Shown piece by piece: positions 47,701 through 57,929 of a stretch of 64,000 nucleotides of DNA. A model generated the notes under the pieces. That model searched no databases and was not told where the DNA came from. It worked only from the letters and a program-made list of their open reading frames with translations. The stretch lies in the NCBI GenBank assembly GCA_001643675.2, contig LSRY02000024.1, positions 248,001-312,000 of the forward strand. Reading direction: 5' to 3'. Source of the DNA: Monocercomonoides exilis PA203. Lineage: Eukaryota; Protista; Preaxostyla. The position numbers and the translations under genes were made by a program. Each line of letters starts with the position of its first letter. Position 1 is the first letter of the stretch.

Positions 47701-49729
47701 TATCGAATGTGAGGGAGATGTTGTGAGTATTGGAGGGAAGGCGAAAGTGGAGATGAAAGAGATGAAAGTTGAGAATGTGACACTGCTGATGAATGGGTGT
47801 GCCATTGAGATGGATGATTCTGAGCAAGAAGTGAGTGTATTGAACAGCTCATTTGGGAAATGTGTGAATTCGGTTGATAAAGGAAGCATGATGCAGATCA
47901 GGAATTCAAAGGATGTGAGGATTAAGATATGTGTGTTTGATGGAGAAAAAGAAACAGAGGCAATCAATGAGGGAAACAAGGGAAAAGAAGAATTATGTGA
48001 GTGGAATGGATCATTGGTTAATATTGAGAAGAGCAAAGTGGAGATAAAGGAAACAACAATCAGAAATAGCAAGGCAGGTGGATTGTGGGTGAATGGAGGG
48101 AGTGTGAAGATCGAAAAAGGAGAATTTGAGAACAACAACCCATCTATTGAAGGATATCCATCAGCTCGAAGGAATGTGATCTGCACAGGGAATGGGGAGT
48201 TGAATGTTGTGAGTGTGAAGGGGGGAGATGGATGGGAAAGAAATACTTCATTGTGGATATTAGATGAGGGATGCGAATTGGGAGGGATAGTTTCAGAAAG
48301 GGATTCATCATTTTTCATCCCTGTTTTGGAAGAAGTGAAGAATACAACACAGCCAACAGGAGAAATGGAACTGATCATTCATGGGAAGTTGCTTCTTCCA
48401 TGCAATCTGTCAGTGAAGATAAGCATGAAGGATGGGGATGTTGAGCTTTCTCACACAAACATGATTTCAGAAGATGGGTATATATCAGAGAGCGAGGTGC
48501 ATTCAGTTATCTCATCTGAAGTGTTGGAAGAGATGGAGAAGAAAACAGAAGTGAGTGTGTGCATTGTGTTTGGAAAAGGAAAAACATCTTGTTCGAATGG
48601 AATTGTGGTGGTGAATAAGAGTGAGTCTGAATCAAAAGGAGATGGGAATATGAATAAAGGAGGAAGAAACAATGAATGGAGTGTGATTGTTATTGTTGTA
48701 ATGGCAGCACTGTTTTTGATATTTGTATTTGTATTTGTTGTGTCAGTTGTGATTCATCGAAAGAAGCTGAGCGAAGTGATTGAGAAAATTGAGAAAATTG
48801 AGAAAATGGAGGAAATGGAGGAAATGGGATATAAAGAGGGAACAACGATAAATAAGCGAGAGAAGAGCGGAGAAAAGAGAGGGGAATGTTTTGAGATGAT
48901 CGAGATGCCATCGACTTTGCTGGAAGGGATGACGAGCCAAATTCCGTTATTGATCGAGGATGAAGAATACTCATCTGAATCGCGAAGAACAGGCAATGAC
49001 GGTGATGATGATGATGATAATGATGATGAGATCCTGAATGAAAATGATTTGTCTGTTTTTGGGTTTCCTCGACCAATATCTGAGGATGTTTCTGTTTCTG
49101 TTTCAAGAATATCTCGATCACACTCATTGAAAGTTATATCGGTAAAGAAGCCATTCCGAGAAAAGGAGAAAAAGAACCTGAAAACATTGCACTCGGTGAT
49201 TCACTCAGTTGAGGGGGATTTCACATTGGGAACAAGAGCGATGGATGTTGTTGATGGGAAAGAGGTGGTGTTGGCAGTGGCAGAGCTGTTTGAGCATTTG
49301 ATTTCGGTTGGAGACGAAAGGGTGGGAATGATGGGGAGGCAGTTGTGTCCATATACGATCTTTGTTGAGGAAGGAAATAACGAAATATTTGTTTTGAGAG
49401 AGGAATTGGAGGATGAAAAGGAGAAGGAAGAAATGAAGCGATGGAGTGCACCAGAAGCGGGAAATGAAGATGATGGAATCGAAAAGGCTATTGTTTTCAC
49501 ACTTGGACTGATGCTGTTGGAAACGACAACAGGAGAAATGCCACTGAGTGAATTTGATGCAGAAGGAGCGCATGAAATGATGAGAGATGGGGTGCGGCCG
49601 CTGATAGAAGGAATTGAAGGAGAAGAATTTGTTGACTTGATAGAGAGGATGTGGGCAGATGAGCCTAATGGCAGGCCGAGTTTGGCGAAAGTGAAGAAAT
49701 GGATGAAGAGAATTATAAAAGCAGGATGA
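41759..49729 (+). CDS. 2,656-aa type I membrane protein: signal peptide, tandem right-handed beta-helix (Pmp/pectin-lyase-like) modules, one TM helix and a degenerate kinase C-lobe
   Basis: Hydrophobic N-terminus; repeated GGA(I)/GGG and FxxC motifs; four G-D/N-xxx-CG-xxxx-PC-x-(T/S)I caps; TM segment WSVIVIVVMAALFLIFVFVFVVSVVI; C-terminal RWSAPE..KAIVFTLGLMLLETTTGEMPL..RP..MWADEPNGRPSL. Confidence 0.88.
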   Translation: MRSTVIFFTVLAYIFIGNFQSTEHFIEQQREEECKNEKIFVHPQMHRCLKNSSEHKVYYNNLLQYMNTFQPSISMGNTEIEGKYEKHDLQHDVKENKRYYRTIEPEISGNYRMHPFKEMLKDHIKSKIEGCVCASNSSVELKEIGLVGGERGSAVRGRKGSVVVVRGCVVGMGKGNEAGAFDLCGSIGILTNITLKGWGRGGEIYSGRLFGGSDEGEGSISVSESHFSSFCVSSAPFLSSPSIPLVFLSKLSFFNISTANDACPPPTTSFSQTNCFMSSCSFSSVCDVYDGGIVPSLSNPLASLSVSNTSFDGCTRTGNVEFIGSKENPSKPGRKNTTDNGTNSFIWCEWKGSNALGSNGSENGASSGGAILMSNLANGILLASHCAFYDCFSLNDGGGIKCYSIKTATIESSTFNCCICKNGYGGGMCILCITLCTRISGCDFQNCKADRGGGGLHLVLFNISGRECIGEEKGEGESACIFECNFSSCSLMNRGGGGMCCDDIPTTFKMRSILFFSCSATSYGGGLYSFPNRFEAKNDSFYFYFLFFHECKCLDSPPYGHDMIYFDYFRYYINSNPFRECYTTNTNEQRVCYEYYGSNSMYQHTEKKDWLKEGVKDQFVGVAGDDSDKWCGIRMARPCKTIGFVADNYFLEIKLKVILMEGDHTSEKTTIEIGEKKISVIGKGRGLSAIGMKTLSSSSSSSGALFSVTTGHLGMSQLKVDCNSTARYTPSVVVVSDGDGFISLEDVVITTSKTGDYVMSSSVFEVPLSQLSMADVEIKDMKISKPLFTEPDLSSSFSSSSSSSSSSSTQFLKATSSRESTLANVTVRNVKLTGGDGVVVAKTVEKRETFAVWNATMEGCVCEDGNGGGMKIELETDSSKLRVGASSLHTGGTAKLYRCRSSGYGGGMMLHLAYGSEDFSIVSVDFAGCTAALGGNSLFVNGSNSANWAITNSTLDVEHDESKYDELVGYDRSDTKMGQFPLNVYLDTFPKAAHVGKAKNNLGGFNSWFCGFDYYPCATITHTAQMRFSDENKKIELDIGFELVEEVAMRDGCEWEISCATKGMEVGVKAPENFHSFFLVDIQSKCSIRNIRFSIPSALSGAPSLISSNSSLFTLADCSVVCSSDYSIGYSFVKVIGREMKVERLSIRETLRFGEHSLIEFGEGVESVVFCGCEVNNIEKRNGDGGWVSGVVGAERGEGRNGMVIIETCAVKRCSCVCGRGGGMSVGVKGEGSVVANGSCVIDGCEAKGSGRSEGRSEGRGGGMMISVGDRGRLEMKNMILSDCEVPTADREDEGRGIGGGMFIKLADQQESFVLEGMEFEGCDAWKGKNVFISGWDMREIVNEEHLKWEMSANDNNSLDGLCGWERKTTGEEGYVIPLVVYLRRNWSGDGFVSREKGGDFSGCGYSEAPCSSIDRLISLRYSPLGEGETHIAIVGSGLLSHPISFSFSSSSSSISESPKVVIEGTKKGTDVAISDEDGNAISSGAMISSNMSLSFFNLSFTKPSITTNHAIFIESSGTNTVLSVTDCSFGSSSGTIESFGYCLMRVNGGSAALQSCTLNKINELKGFITFSPSASQVTIRNVNISSATLTANSLISMTEEENQTNGNENTRLNGNKLVLKVVYCSFETIKNEGSSASVIELGSFENAIDCTIEECTTSTCRSDLSTEGGGMKVVLKSGESVLKVNGSSFSMCKCSTETGRGGGLFIDGADSNTNYADAFNFPPLNFKIVNILFRMNDAFVGKDIFIKFHSIEHQINETLFSLNYNQESFGTNNSICGRDAINEIDVDLIPMITFYYSAQVFVNGTGTDNRRCGSQSYPCMSINCGVDHIQEGVMNAILIDGEGVVTEECVIGDLNVNSVKKTQGIVRLNSKIEKSAEKDCVMEFVNECSVERCSFQFEDGFESTHNCLMKVKNGSLEIQKCEFYSSVTTVELKLNSSIVSVESGELKISETIIRDIYSTKSILSFREESEVTIVETRMSNIECEGDVVSIGGKAKVEMKEMKVENVTLLMNGCAIEMDDSEQEVSVLNSSFGKCVNSVDKGSMMQIRNSKDVRIKICVFDGEKETEAINEGNKGKEELCEWNGSLVNIEKSKVEIKETTIRNSKAGGLWVNGGSVKIEKGEFENNNPSIEGYPSARRNVICTGNGELNVVSVKGGDGWERNTSLWILDEGCELGGIVSERDSSFFIPVLEEVKNTTQPTGEMELIIHGKLLLPCNLSVKISMKDGDVELSHTNMISEDGYISESEVHSVISSEVLEEMEKKTEVSVCIVFGKGKTSCSNGIVVVNKSESESKGDGNMNKGGRNNEWSVIVIVVMAALFLIFVFVFVVSVVIHRKKLSEVIEKIEKIEKMEEMEEMGYKEGTTINKREKSGEKRGECFEMIEMPSTLLEGMTSQIPLLIEDEEYSSESRRTGNDGDDDDDNDDEILNENDLSVFGFPRPISEDVSVSVSRISRSHSLKVISVKKPFREKEKKNLKTLHSVIHSVEGDFTLGTRAMDVVDGKEVVLAVAELFEHLISVGDERVGMMGRQLCPYTIFVEEGNNEIFVLREELEDEKEKEEMKRWSAPEAGNEDDGIEKAIVFTLGLMLLETTTGEMPLSEFDAEGAHEMMRDGVRPLIEGIEGEEFVDLIERMWADEPNGRPSLAKVKKWMKRIIKAG

Positions 49730-50527
49730 AACTGAGAGAAAAATATCTCATAAAAACGTGCGAAACAGAAAATTAACATTTCATCCTTCGATATTCAATC
49801 AAAAAAATGGAGCTTGCTGAATCTTGGTGCAATTGGTGCAATTTGGTCAAATTGTGCGATTGATATTTCAAAAAATTTCGATGAGGCATTGGAAAATAGC
49901 TGCCATCGATCTCTTTGGTTGCATGAATATCATAATTATATATTTATATTTTTTTTTAACTTTTGATATTATTCAGGTTTATATTCACTTTCTGTTCCAT
50001 ACAGATGTAACTCCTATCATAACACTTCATTTTTTTATATTCATTGTGTTTTCATTTTCGTCTCATCTTTTGATTCTTTTTCTTTTCATTTCATTTCGTT
50101 CAATGTTCTTCAGTTAAAAAGCCTTGTGTGAACAAATCCATTCTCGTCTTTTATTGTTGTTGTTTGTTGAACATTCTTCAATGAGAAGGAAGTGGACATT
50201 TTCTGTGTTTTATTTTCGAATCGTATTATTTTTCAAATTTCTTTCTTGAAATTATTGAAAAATCATTTAAATAAATATATATTTCAATAATTTGATTAAA
50301 ATAATATGTGTGTGGGTTTTATAAAAAATAAACAAATAAAAAACTATCATGATTAAACAAAGATAAGCAACGATGTGTAAATAAAACAGCACCAATCACT
50401 TCAATCACCAAAATTTCTTTTTGTAAAAAGAAACATAAATTTAAAAGATGCTTTTAAAAAATAAAACTGTGTTGAAATTTTGTAAACAGAAAATATATGT
50501 TTGTCGTTGTTTCATTTTCACTTCTTT

Positions 50528-53293
50528 CTAATGCTCACTTTGATTCCCCTTTATACTTTCTTTCTCATCTTTGCTTGACTTATTTGCCTTTGAAAGAGGT
50601 GATGCATTATGTCGTGATACCATAATCCTCTTCAAAAACGACGAGTTCTGCTTCATTTGACTGGAAGATTGAGGATTTGAAGAAGTTGTCGATGATGATG
50701 CGAAATTAGAAGCAAAAGACGAAAAAAATGAAGAATACTGTTTCTTTTCAGACTTATCCAGCTGCGATGCAGACATTGACGGGTGAAAAGTTCCCTTTGA
50801 ACCGTCCTGAGGCGCATGCAATGACGGAGTCGAAGAAACTGGCTGGTTATTGTCCCAGTGCCACATTCCTGCAGTTGTTGACTTGGATGTGTGAAGCGGC
50901 ATGGTTGTCACTTTGATCATCGCCTTGTGCTTGGAACGCAGACTTGATGAAGATAGGTTCGCCTGCTTGCTACCGAGTCGTGTTAAGCTTTTGCGAGAAG
51001 AAGAGGAGGAGGATGTGGAAATGGTCGACGATATAAAGGGAATGCTGGAAGTGCGTTTGGTTTTTCCTCCAAGTGAAATTGTGCTGCGTGTCTTCCGCTC
51101 TCTCGGAAGAAGCAGATTTAGCTCCGAAGTGTCGCCTTCAGAGGCATCCTCATTCTCCAAGTCTTCCTCATTCAGCACTTCTGCAGTGTGTGGCAGTTGC
51201 GATGCCGACGCCATTTCTCCTTCAACAACTTTAACTTCTTCTCCTTCCTCTTCTTCTTCCACCTCTGCTCCTTCGCCTTCTCCTTTGCCCTTCTCTTCAC
51301 TTCCTTTGCCTCGACCTTTCTTCCCAACAACCATAACTGCTTGGACAGTTCCCCTTTCCTCCTCCATCCAGTCCACGTGGATGATATTGGAACTTCCTTC
51401 TTCTTTTTTCCCTGTTTCATTCAAATTCTCTTGAGCTCCATTTTCTGAAATTTCCACCATTTCAACCTGCTTTGAGCCTGATGAATATCTTTGCCTTCCT
51501 TCCATTTCTGATTCCGTTAATATCCCCAAAAGTGCAGCTGACTGTTCAATTTCACTTGTTTTATGTTCTGATTCATCGCCATCCACTTTCAGTTTTTGAA
51601 GCTCAACTTGTTTTTGCTTGGACTTTTTCTTTTCTTCGATAACTTGCTGCACAGCGATGAGAATAATACCAATGGCACATAGAGCTAATCCGACAAAGAT
51701 TCGCCAGGAGACAACTTCTCCAAGAAATATGGCTGAAAAGGAGGAGGCAAAAAAATAAATTTCAAAAAAAAAATAAAAATAGAAATAAAAATAGAAATAA
51801 AAATAAAAATAAAAATAAAAATAAAAGAAAAAATAAAAATAAAAATAAAAATAAAATAAAATAAAAATAAAAATAAAATAAAATAAAATACAAAAATCAA
51901 ATTTAAGGAAATTATAATGTTATATAAAATGAAAAAGAAAAAGAAAATGGTACGTTCCATTTTCAAAAAATAAAACAATATTGTTTTGATAGCGTTTTTG
52001 AAATTTTTAACTCCTTCAAAACGATTCAACCACTAACCTGAAATTATCACCGTGAAAAAGGGAATAAGCAGCAAATAGATTGAAAGAAATACAGGAGAGA
52101 CAAAGAGTGACGTGTATGACATAAGCATAAAGCAGCCCACAGAACCCGCCAAGACAGCAAAAGCCAATGCAAACCAGGCAATCCAAGGCAATTCTAAGGG
52201 ATGGAAGTCGTGCCAAAAGGGAATTACCACAAAAATCATCACAATAGTGCTGATAACTGAGAGATAGAGATTGCAGGTGACAATTGACAATCTTCTGGCA
52301 GTGTTCTGGTGGATGAGTTATTTGTTTCGTTTTCAATTTGATTTTTTTTTTTTTTTGAATAAATAAATGGTTTCCACAATTTGAGTTGTATTCCAAAGAA
52401 AATTCAATGCAATAAACCAGAGTGAGAAAGAAAACGGATAATATTTGCAGTTATTCATTTTAAAAAAAAATATGAAAATGAAAGTGTTTCTTCAATAAAT
52501 TAAAAGAAATCAGCAAAAAAAGCAAACTCTTTGAACAACTCTTCCAAATGCATTTCCGATAACGTTAATAAGTGCAATTCCAAAGCCAATTAGTTCATTC
52601 ACGTTGATGGAATTCGCCTTAACCAAGTCAGAAATAACAGTATCTAACCCAACAAGTAAACAGCCTCCTCCAACAGAAACAATAACAGCTAAAAATCTTA
52701 AAATTGTAAGTTTTTCTTCTTTCAGACAAAGAGCTATTATCATCGAAGCAATTGGGCCAAGTGCAGAAAAAGAAGCTTTAAAATGATAAAAAATTAACAA
52801 AAACACAAAAATTCAAGCAAAAACATACTGGCCTGTGATGCTGTGATAAAATTAACAATGAGTGCATATGAAAGCTGAGCAATTAAGCCACTGATGATTG
52901 CATAAGCAATAACAAGAGGCCAATCTTTCTTTTTCGGGATAAAGAAGCGATCCTTTTTCGAGAAAAGTGATATCACAAAAAAGCATATGCTTGCTGAATC
53001 CATTATCGAAATGATGGATAAATGAATAAATGATAACATTTATATTTCAAACCAAAAGCAAATCTGAAAAACGCAAAAACGATTGGATTAAATCCGGCAT
53101 CGTATGCCATTTTAATTAATATTGTAAACACTAAATCATATGTTATCATTAATAATAATAATCAAATTGTATACCAGCCCAAATCAGCTAAACAGTAAAT
53201 ATTTCAAATATATATATTAGTGGAACAAAATTCTCAAACCTGTATTGTGACTGCAAGAATATGCGCAACAACTAACTTAGCTGTTGAGCCCAT
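50528..53293 (-). CDS. EamA/DMT (drug-metabolite transporter) family protein with a long disordered C-terminal tail; multi-exon
   Basis: Spliced translation reads MGSTAKLVVAHILAVTIQ-LIWA-VFTILIKMAYDAGFNPIVFAFFRFAF-ASICFF..SQAS..FSALGPIASMIIALCLKEEKLT..PYFLEKLS. It has about ten hydrophobic helices and several short GT-AG introns. Confidence 0.85.
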
Positions 53294-53591
53294 ATCAAAA
53301 TAAAAACTTAGAATAGCACAGAAAAAACAAAACAAATGAATATATAAAAATAATATGGTTGTTTCTGTTGTTATTAATGATGAATGCAATCTAACAATGA
53401 TCAATAATAGTATCTGATAGGTTTATCTTTTTGAAAAATCCACATGAAAACACATTTTTATGATCTGAAGCAACATATAAATTCTAGATTATTAAGAAAA
53501 ATTTTTTAAGAATTATTGTAAGTTAAATTAATATATCATAAGTTTGTTCTTTTTAACAATAAAATATATTTTATTAAAGCACGTTTTGCAG
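53294..53591. promoter_or_regulatory. Short divergent (probably bidirectional) promoter between the EamA and GNL1 genes
   Basis: A 298-bp AT-rich gap separates the two head-to-head start codons. Confidence 0.5.
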
Positions 53592-56500
53592 ATGTGTCCA
53601 AGACAATTTCAACGTTCAAAGCCTTTTTCAAAGAAGAAACGTATTCAACAAAGAAAAAATAAAAGAGACAGACAAAGATTTGCGGAAGATCGAAGGAATG
53701 CAAAATTGCAAAATGAAGGCATTAATCTTTCTGAGCTATCATTTGGTGGACGTTCTCTCCGTTCGATTTTTTTCTCTGAGCCAAGAATTTTTATTGAAAA
53801 ACGAAAAACCGAAGCGGACAAACCATTTTTAGAGTCACGAGTAGGAGCGATTTGTGGCCAGAGTGTTCTTCACTTTCGACATCTCGCATTACCATTTCGC
53901 CCAAATTGGACCACGTCAATGAGTAAAACTGAATTGGAAGAGAATGAAATATGCTACTTCAAAAAATGGCTGAAATCTACAATTCTACAAAATGAAGAAG
54001 CTGGAGTCACTCGAAATATTGGATTTTTTGAAGCTAATTTAAATGTGTGGCGACAATTGTGGAGAACGCTTGAAATGGGAGATGTCATTTGCCTCTTATG
54101 CGATATTAGATTCGCATATCTCCACGCAAATAGCAATATCATAAAACTTATAACAGGCCAAAAACTTGGTTCTTCATCTTCTTATCCATTTGCTTATTCT
54201 GGATCAACATCTGCATCTGCATCTGCATCTGCATCTGCTTCTGCTTCTGCTTCTGCTTCTGCTTCTGCTTCTGTTTCGTCTTCCTTTTCGATGATGCCTG
54301 AAGACGAAGAAAAACCGAGTGAATTCCTTGTTCCTGAGCCAGCGGTGTTTGAAAAAGAAGAAGGGCTCAACAAGCCGCTTGTGCTGGTGCTTACGAAAAT
54401 CGATCTGGTGCCGTCGACTGTAGTGGAAGCCTGGAAAAGCTACTTTGAGAGGAAGTACAAGGGAATTACAGTGTTTCCGCACAGCTCAAAGGGGAAGTAT
54501 GCTGGTTCTTCATTGCTGAAGGAGAAGGAGGAAGAGAAGGAGAAAGAGGAAGAGAAGGAAGAAGAAGAAGATGATGATGATGATGATTACAATGATGATG
54601 ATGATGAAGATGAGGAAGAGAAAGGGAAAGCGAAGAAAGGCTCAAAAAGAGAAAAAACGATGATGAATACCAAAAATATGAAAAATACAAAAAAAGCTCA
54701 AAAGTTGCAGAAGGAGAAAGAAAAAGAGGAGAAATACAGTGTGACAGGGACAGATGCGCTTCTGAGGACTTGCTATGAGCTTTGGCAGCAGAGGAAAGAA
54801 AAAGAGAGAAAGGAAAGAGCTCAAAGGGGAGAAATAAACGAAAGAACTGAAGAATTTCAATTGGATTCGATGAAACAGACAACACAAGAATTGAATTCTT
54901 CTTCTTCTTCTTCCTCTTCCTCTTCTTCTTCCTCTTCTTCTCATCCTTATTCGATGTCCATCGGCTTTGTGGGCGAGCCAAATGTAGGGAAATCCTCGCT
55001 GATGAATGAAATTGTGGGCAAAACGGTTTCTTCTGTGTCGCGTCAGCCGGGGCATACGAAGCATTTCCAGACGTTTTTTGTGCCTTTGCCGAGGGGGAAA
55101 GGGGGGAAAGAAGAGGAAAATGGAAGAAAAGAAGGGAAAGATAGGGAAAAAGAGGGGGAAAAGGAAGGAAACGAATGGGAAAATGAAGAAAATGAGAGAG
55201 AAATGAAGAAGAAGAAACAACAAAAGCAACAAAAATCACAAAAACCACAAAAAAATTCTTCTTCTTTTTCTGATTCTTCAAAGAAAACGAAGGAAAAGTC
55301 GAAGCTTTCTTTGAGCGAAGAGGCAGAAAATGAAGTGAAAGTGAGAATTATCGACAGCCCTGGGCTTGTGTGGCCGTGTGAATGCGCAAAAAGCGATGAA
55401 AGTGTGTTTTTTATAGAGGGGAATACAATCTTTATTTATTTATTATTTAATATTTAAGAATAATGATGAATGAGTTGTTTTGTGGTTATTGATTGAGTTT
55501 GAGTTTAGAAAAGGAGGAGAAAAAAAAATATTTTTAAAAAATATTTTATTCTTTTTTTTTAATGCTCTTATTCTTTTTTTTCTATTTTATGTGTCATTTT
55601 ATATTTTTTTTTTCCTTCATAAATACTTCTCTCCCTCTTTCTTTCTCTCTCTCTCTTTCTCTTTCTCTTTCTCTTCCTCCTCTCTTCTCTTCTCTTCTCT
55701 TCTCTTCTCTTCTCTTCTCTTCTCTTCCTATCCATTCAGTCCCCTATCTCCGCGCCCTCCAGATCCTCGCCGGCGTCTACCCACTCTCCCAGCTCCGCGA
55801 GCCCTTCAGCATCATCCGCTTCCTCATCTCCTCTTCTCTTTCTTCCCTCTCCCAAATCTTGGCCTCTTATTCGCTCCCAGACACCCCTGTGCACATAGAC
55901 AACGAGATCCCTTTGCCTTCCAGTGTCATTCACCCGGCTTTTGAGGTTGTCGATAACATCATCAAAACAAAGCCGATTGTTTATCCAGCGTCTTATTTCG
56001 GAGGAGGAAGAGAAGGAGCAAGTCATTTGCTTACTCCAGTTTTGACTTTTCCTTCTTCTTTATCTTCTTCTTCTCTTCCTCCCCCTCCTCATCCTCCTCC
56101 TCATCCTGATGATCAAGAAGATAACCAAGATAACCAAGATGATGAAGATAATGAAGAAAATGAAGACAACCAAGATTTCCCTCAAAACCCTCCAAACCCT
56201 CTTCGTCCTCCTTTCCCTGCTATTCGTGCTGTAACCCCGCCAGTTCCTTCTTCGCCTCCTCCTCTTCTCTCTCGCTCTCCTCCTCCTTCTCCGATCAACT
56301 TGTCGTTTGCGACTGAAGCAATGAGAGACACAGGGTTGTCTTCTGCATTCACAGGGAATGCGGCAAGAGAAATCGACGAGGAGGAGAAGAGACTGAGAAA
56401 GGTGTGTTGAGTGTCGATGTTCAATGATGAATTTTTTTTTTTTGATAAATTTGGAAAAATCGAAGGCTGTGATGTTATTATTGATGTAATTTTTTTTAGA

Positions 56501-56598
56501 TTATTTTTGGTTTTTCTTTTTCTTTTTCTTTTTCAAATGTTTTTCTTTATTGATTTAATTTATTTATTTATTTATTTATATTTATTTATTTATTTATT

Positions 56599-56646
<48 letters not shown>

Positions 56647-57410
56647 TCATCCGTCTCCAGATCTGGTCGCCCTCCGACATCTGCGAGTCCCTTGCCCTCA
56701 TTCGCGGCTTCATGACAACAGGCGGCAGGGCAGACAGACACAGAGCAGGGCTTCTGTTTCTGAAGGAGGTTGTTGGAGGGGAAGGGAAAGGGAAAGAGAG
56801 AGAGGAAGTGAGAGAGGGAGAAGGAGAAATGGGGGTGAAAGTGAAGAGGGAGGTGAAGGCGGAGGAGAGGGAGAAGGAGAAGAGGAAGGGGATGGGAATG
56901 GGGAGAGGAAGAGGAAGAGGGAAAAGGGAAGAAGAAGAAGATGATGATGATGATGATGATGAAAATGATGAAAATGATGGAGATGAAGAAGAAGAAGAAG
57001 AGAAAATGGAGATTGGAATAATACCAGCAAAGCCGTTGAAGAGGAAGGAGATGAAGAGAATGAAGGAAAAGCAGGAGAAAGAGGAGAAGAAGAGGAAATT
57101 GGAAGAAGAAATAAGAAGAAATGAAGAAAGAAGACAAGAGGAGGAGGAAGAGGAAGAGGAAGAGGAAGAGGAAGAAGATGATGATGATAAATATTCCTTT
57201 GGATTTGATTTTGGAGATGCAGAAGAAGGAGAAGAGTCAGAATGGGAAGAAGAAGAAGAAGAAGAAGAATATGAAGAAGATGGAGAAGGAGGAGAAAAGA
57301 AAAAGCGAAAGAAGAAGGAGAAGAAGATATTTGTGGAGAATCCGTTTTATAATCCGGAGCTGTTGAGATTTAAGTCGCAAGTGCCAATGTGGACTGTTCC
57401 TCCAAAGTGA
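53592..57410 (+). CDS. GNL1: Circularly permuted YlqF/YawG-family GTPase, GNL1-like; exons 53592..55401, 55740..56401, 56661..57410
   Basis: Motifs in G4-G1-G2-G3 order: TKID, GEPNVGKSS, VSRQPGHTKHFQT and DSPGL. Also FEANLNVWRQLWRTLE, LQILAGVYPLSQLREP, WSPSDICE..RGFMT..GRADRHRAG and an N-terminal KPFSKK as in GNL1. Both introns join in frame. Confidence 0.85.
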
Positions 57411-57929
57411 AAGGAAAAAAAAATAAAATAAAAAGAAAAAAGAAATAGAAAAAGAAAAAGAAGAAAGAAAGAAGATGAAGAAGAGAAAATTTAGATTGCT
57501 AAAAATGAGAAAAGAAAGAGGAGAAAAAATAAAAAATAAAACCTTTTTTTTGTATATTCATATTTTTAACAGCAACATTTCGCTTTTTTTAAAAAGACTT
57601 TTTATGATTTTCTAATTTTAATTTTTTGGCTTCAATTTTTTTTTTTTTTTTTCAATTCAAAATAGATTTCAAAAGGAGCCTAAAGAAAGAAGAAAAATAT
57701 GAATATTAATTTCTCTTCTGTTTCAGAATTATTTTTGTTTCATAATCTTTCAAATTGTCTTTTCAATAAATAGATCAGAAAAATAAATTTTGAAAAAATG
57801 GAAAATAGTTTTTAATTGTTGCTTTCATCATTTTTGATTTTTAAACTAAAAACTTCATTGAAAATAAAACATTTATCAAATAAAATCTTAAAAAAAAAAA
57901 AAAGAAGAAGAATATTAATTTTTCTATTT

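Noticed and set aside
42618-49779. Antisense ORFs within the receptor gene (for example 47629..48378 and 49201..49779)
   Set aside because: Explained by the codon bias of the sense ORF; no motif support.
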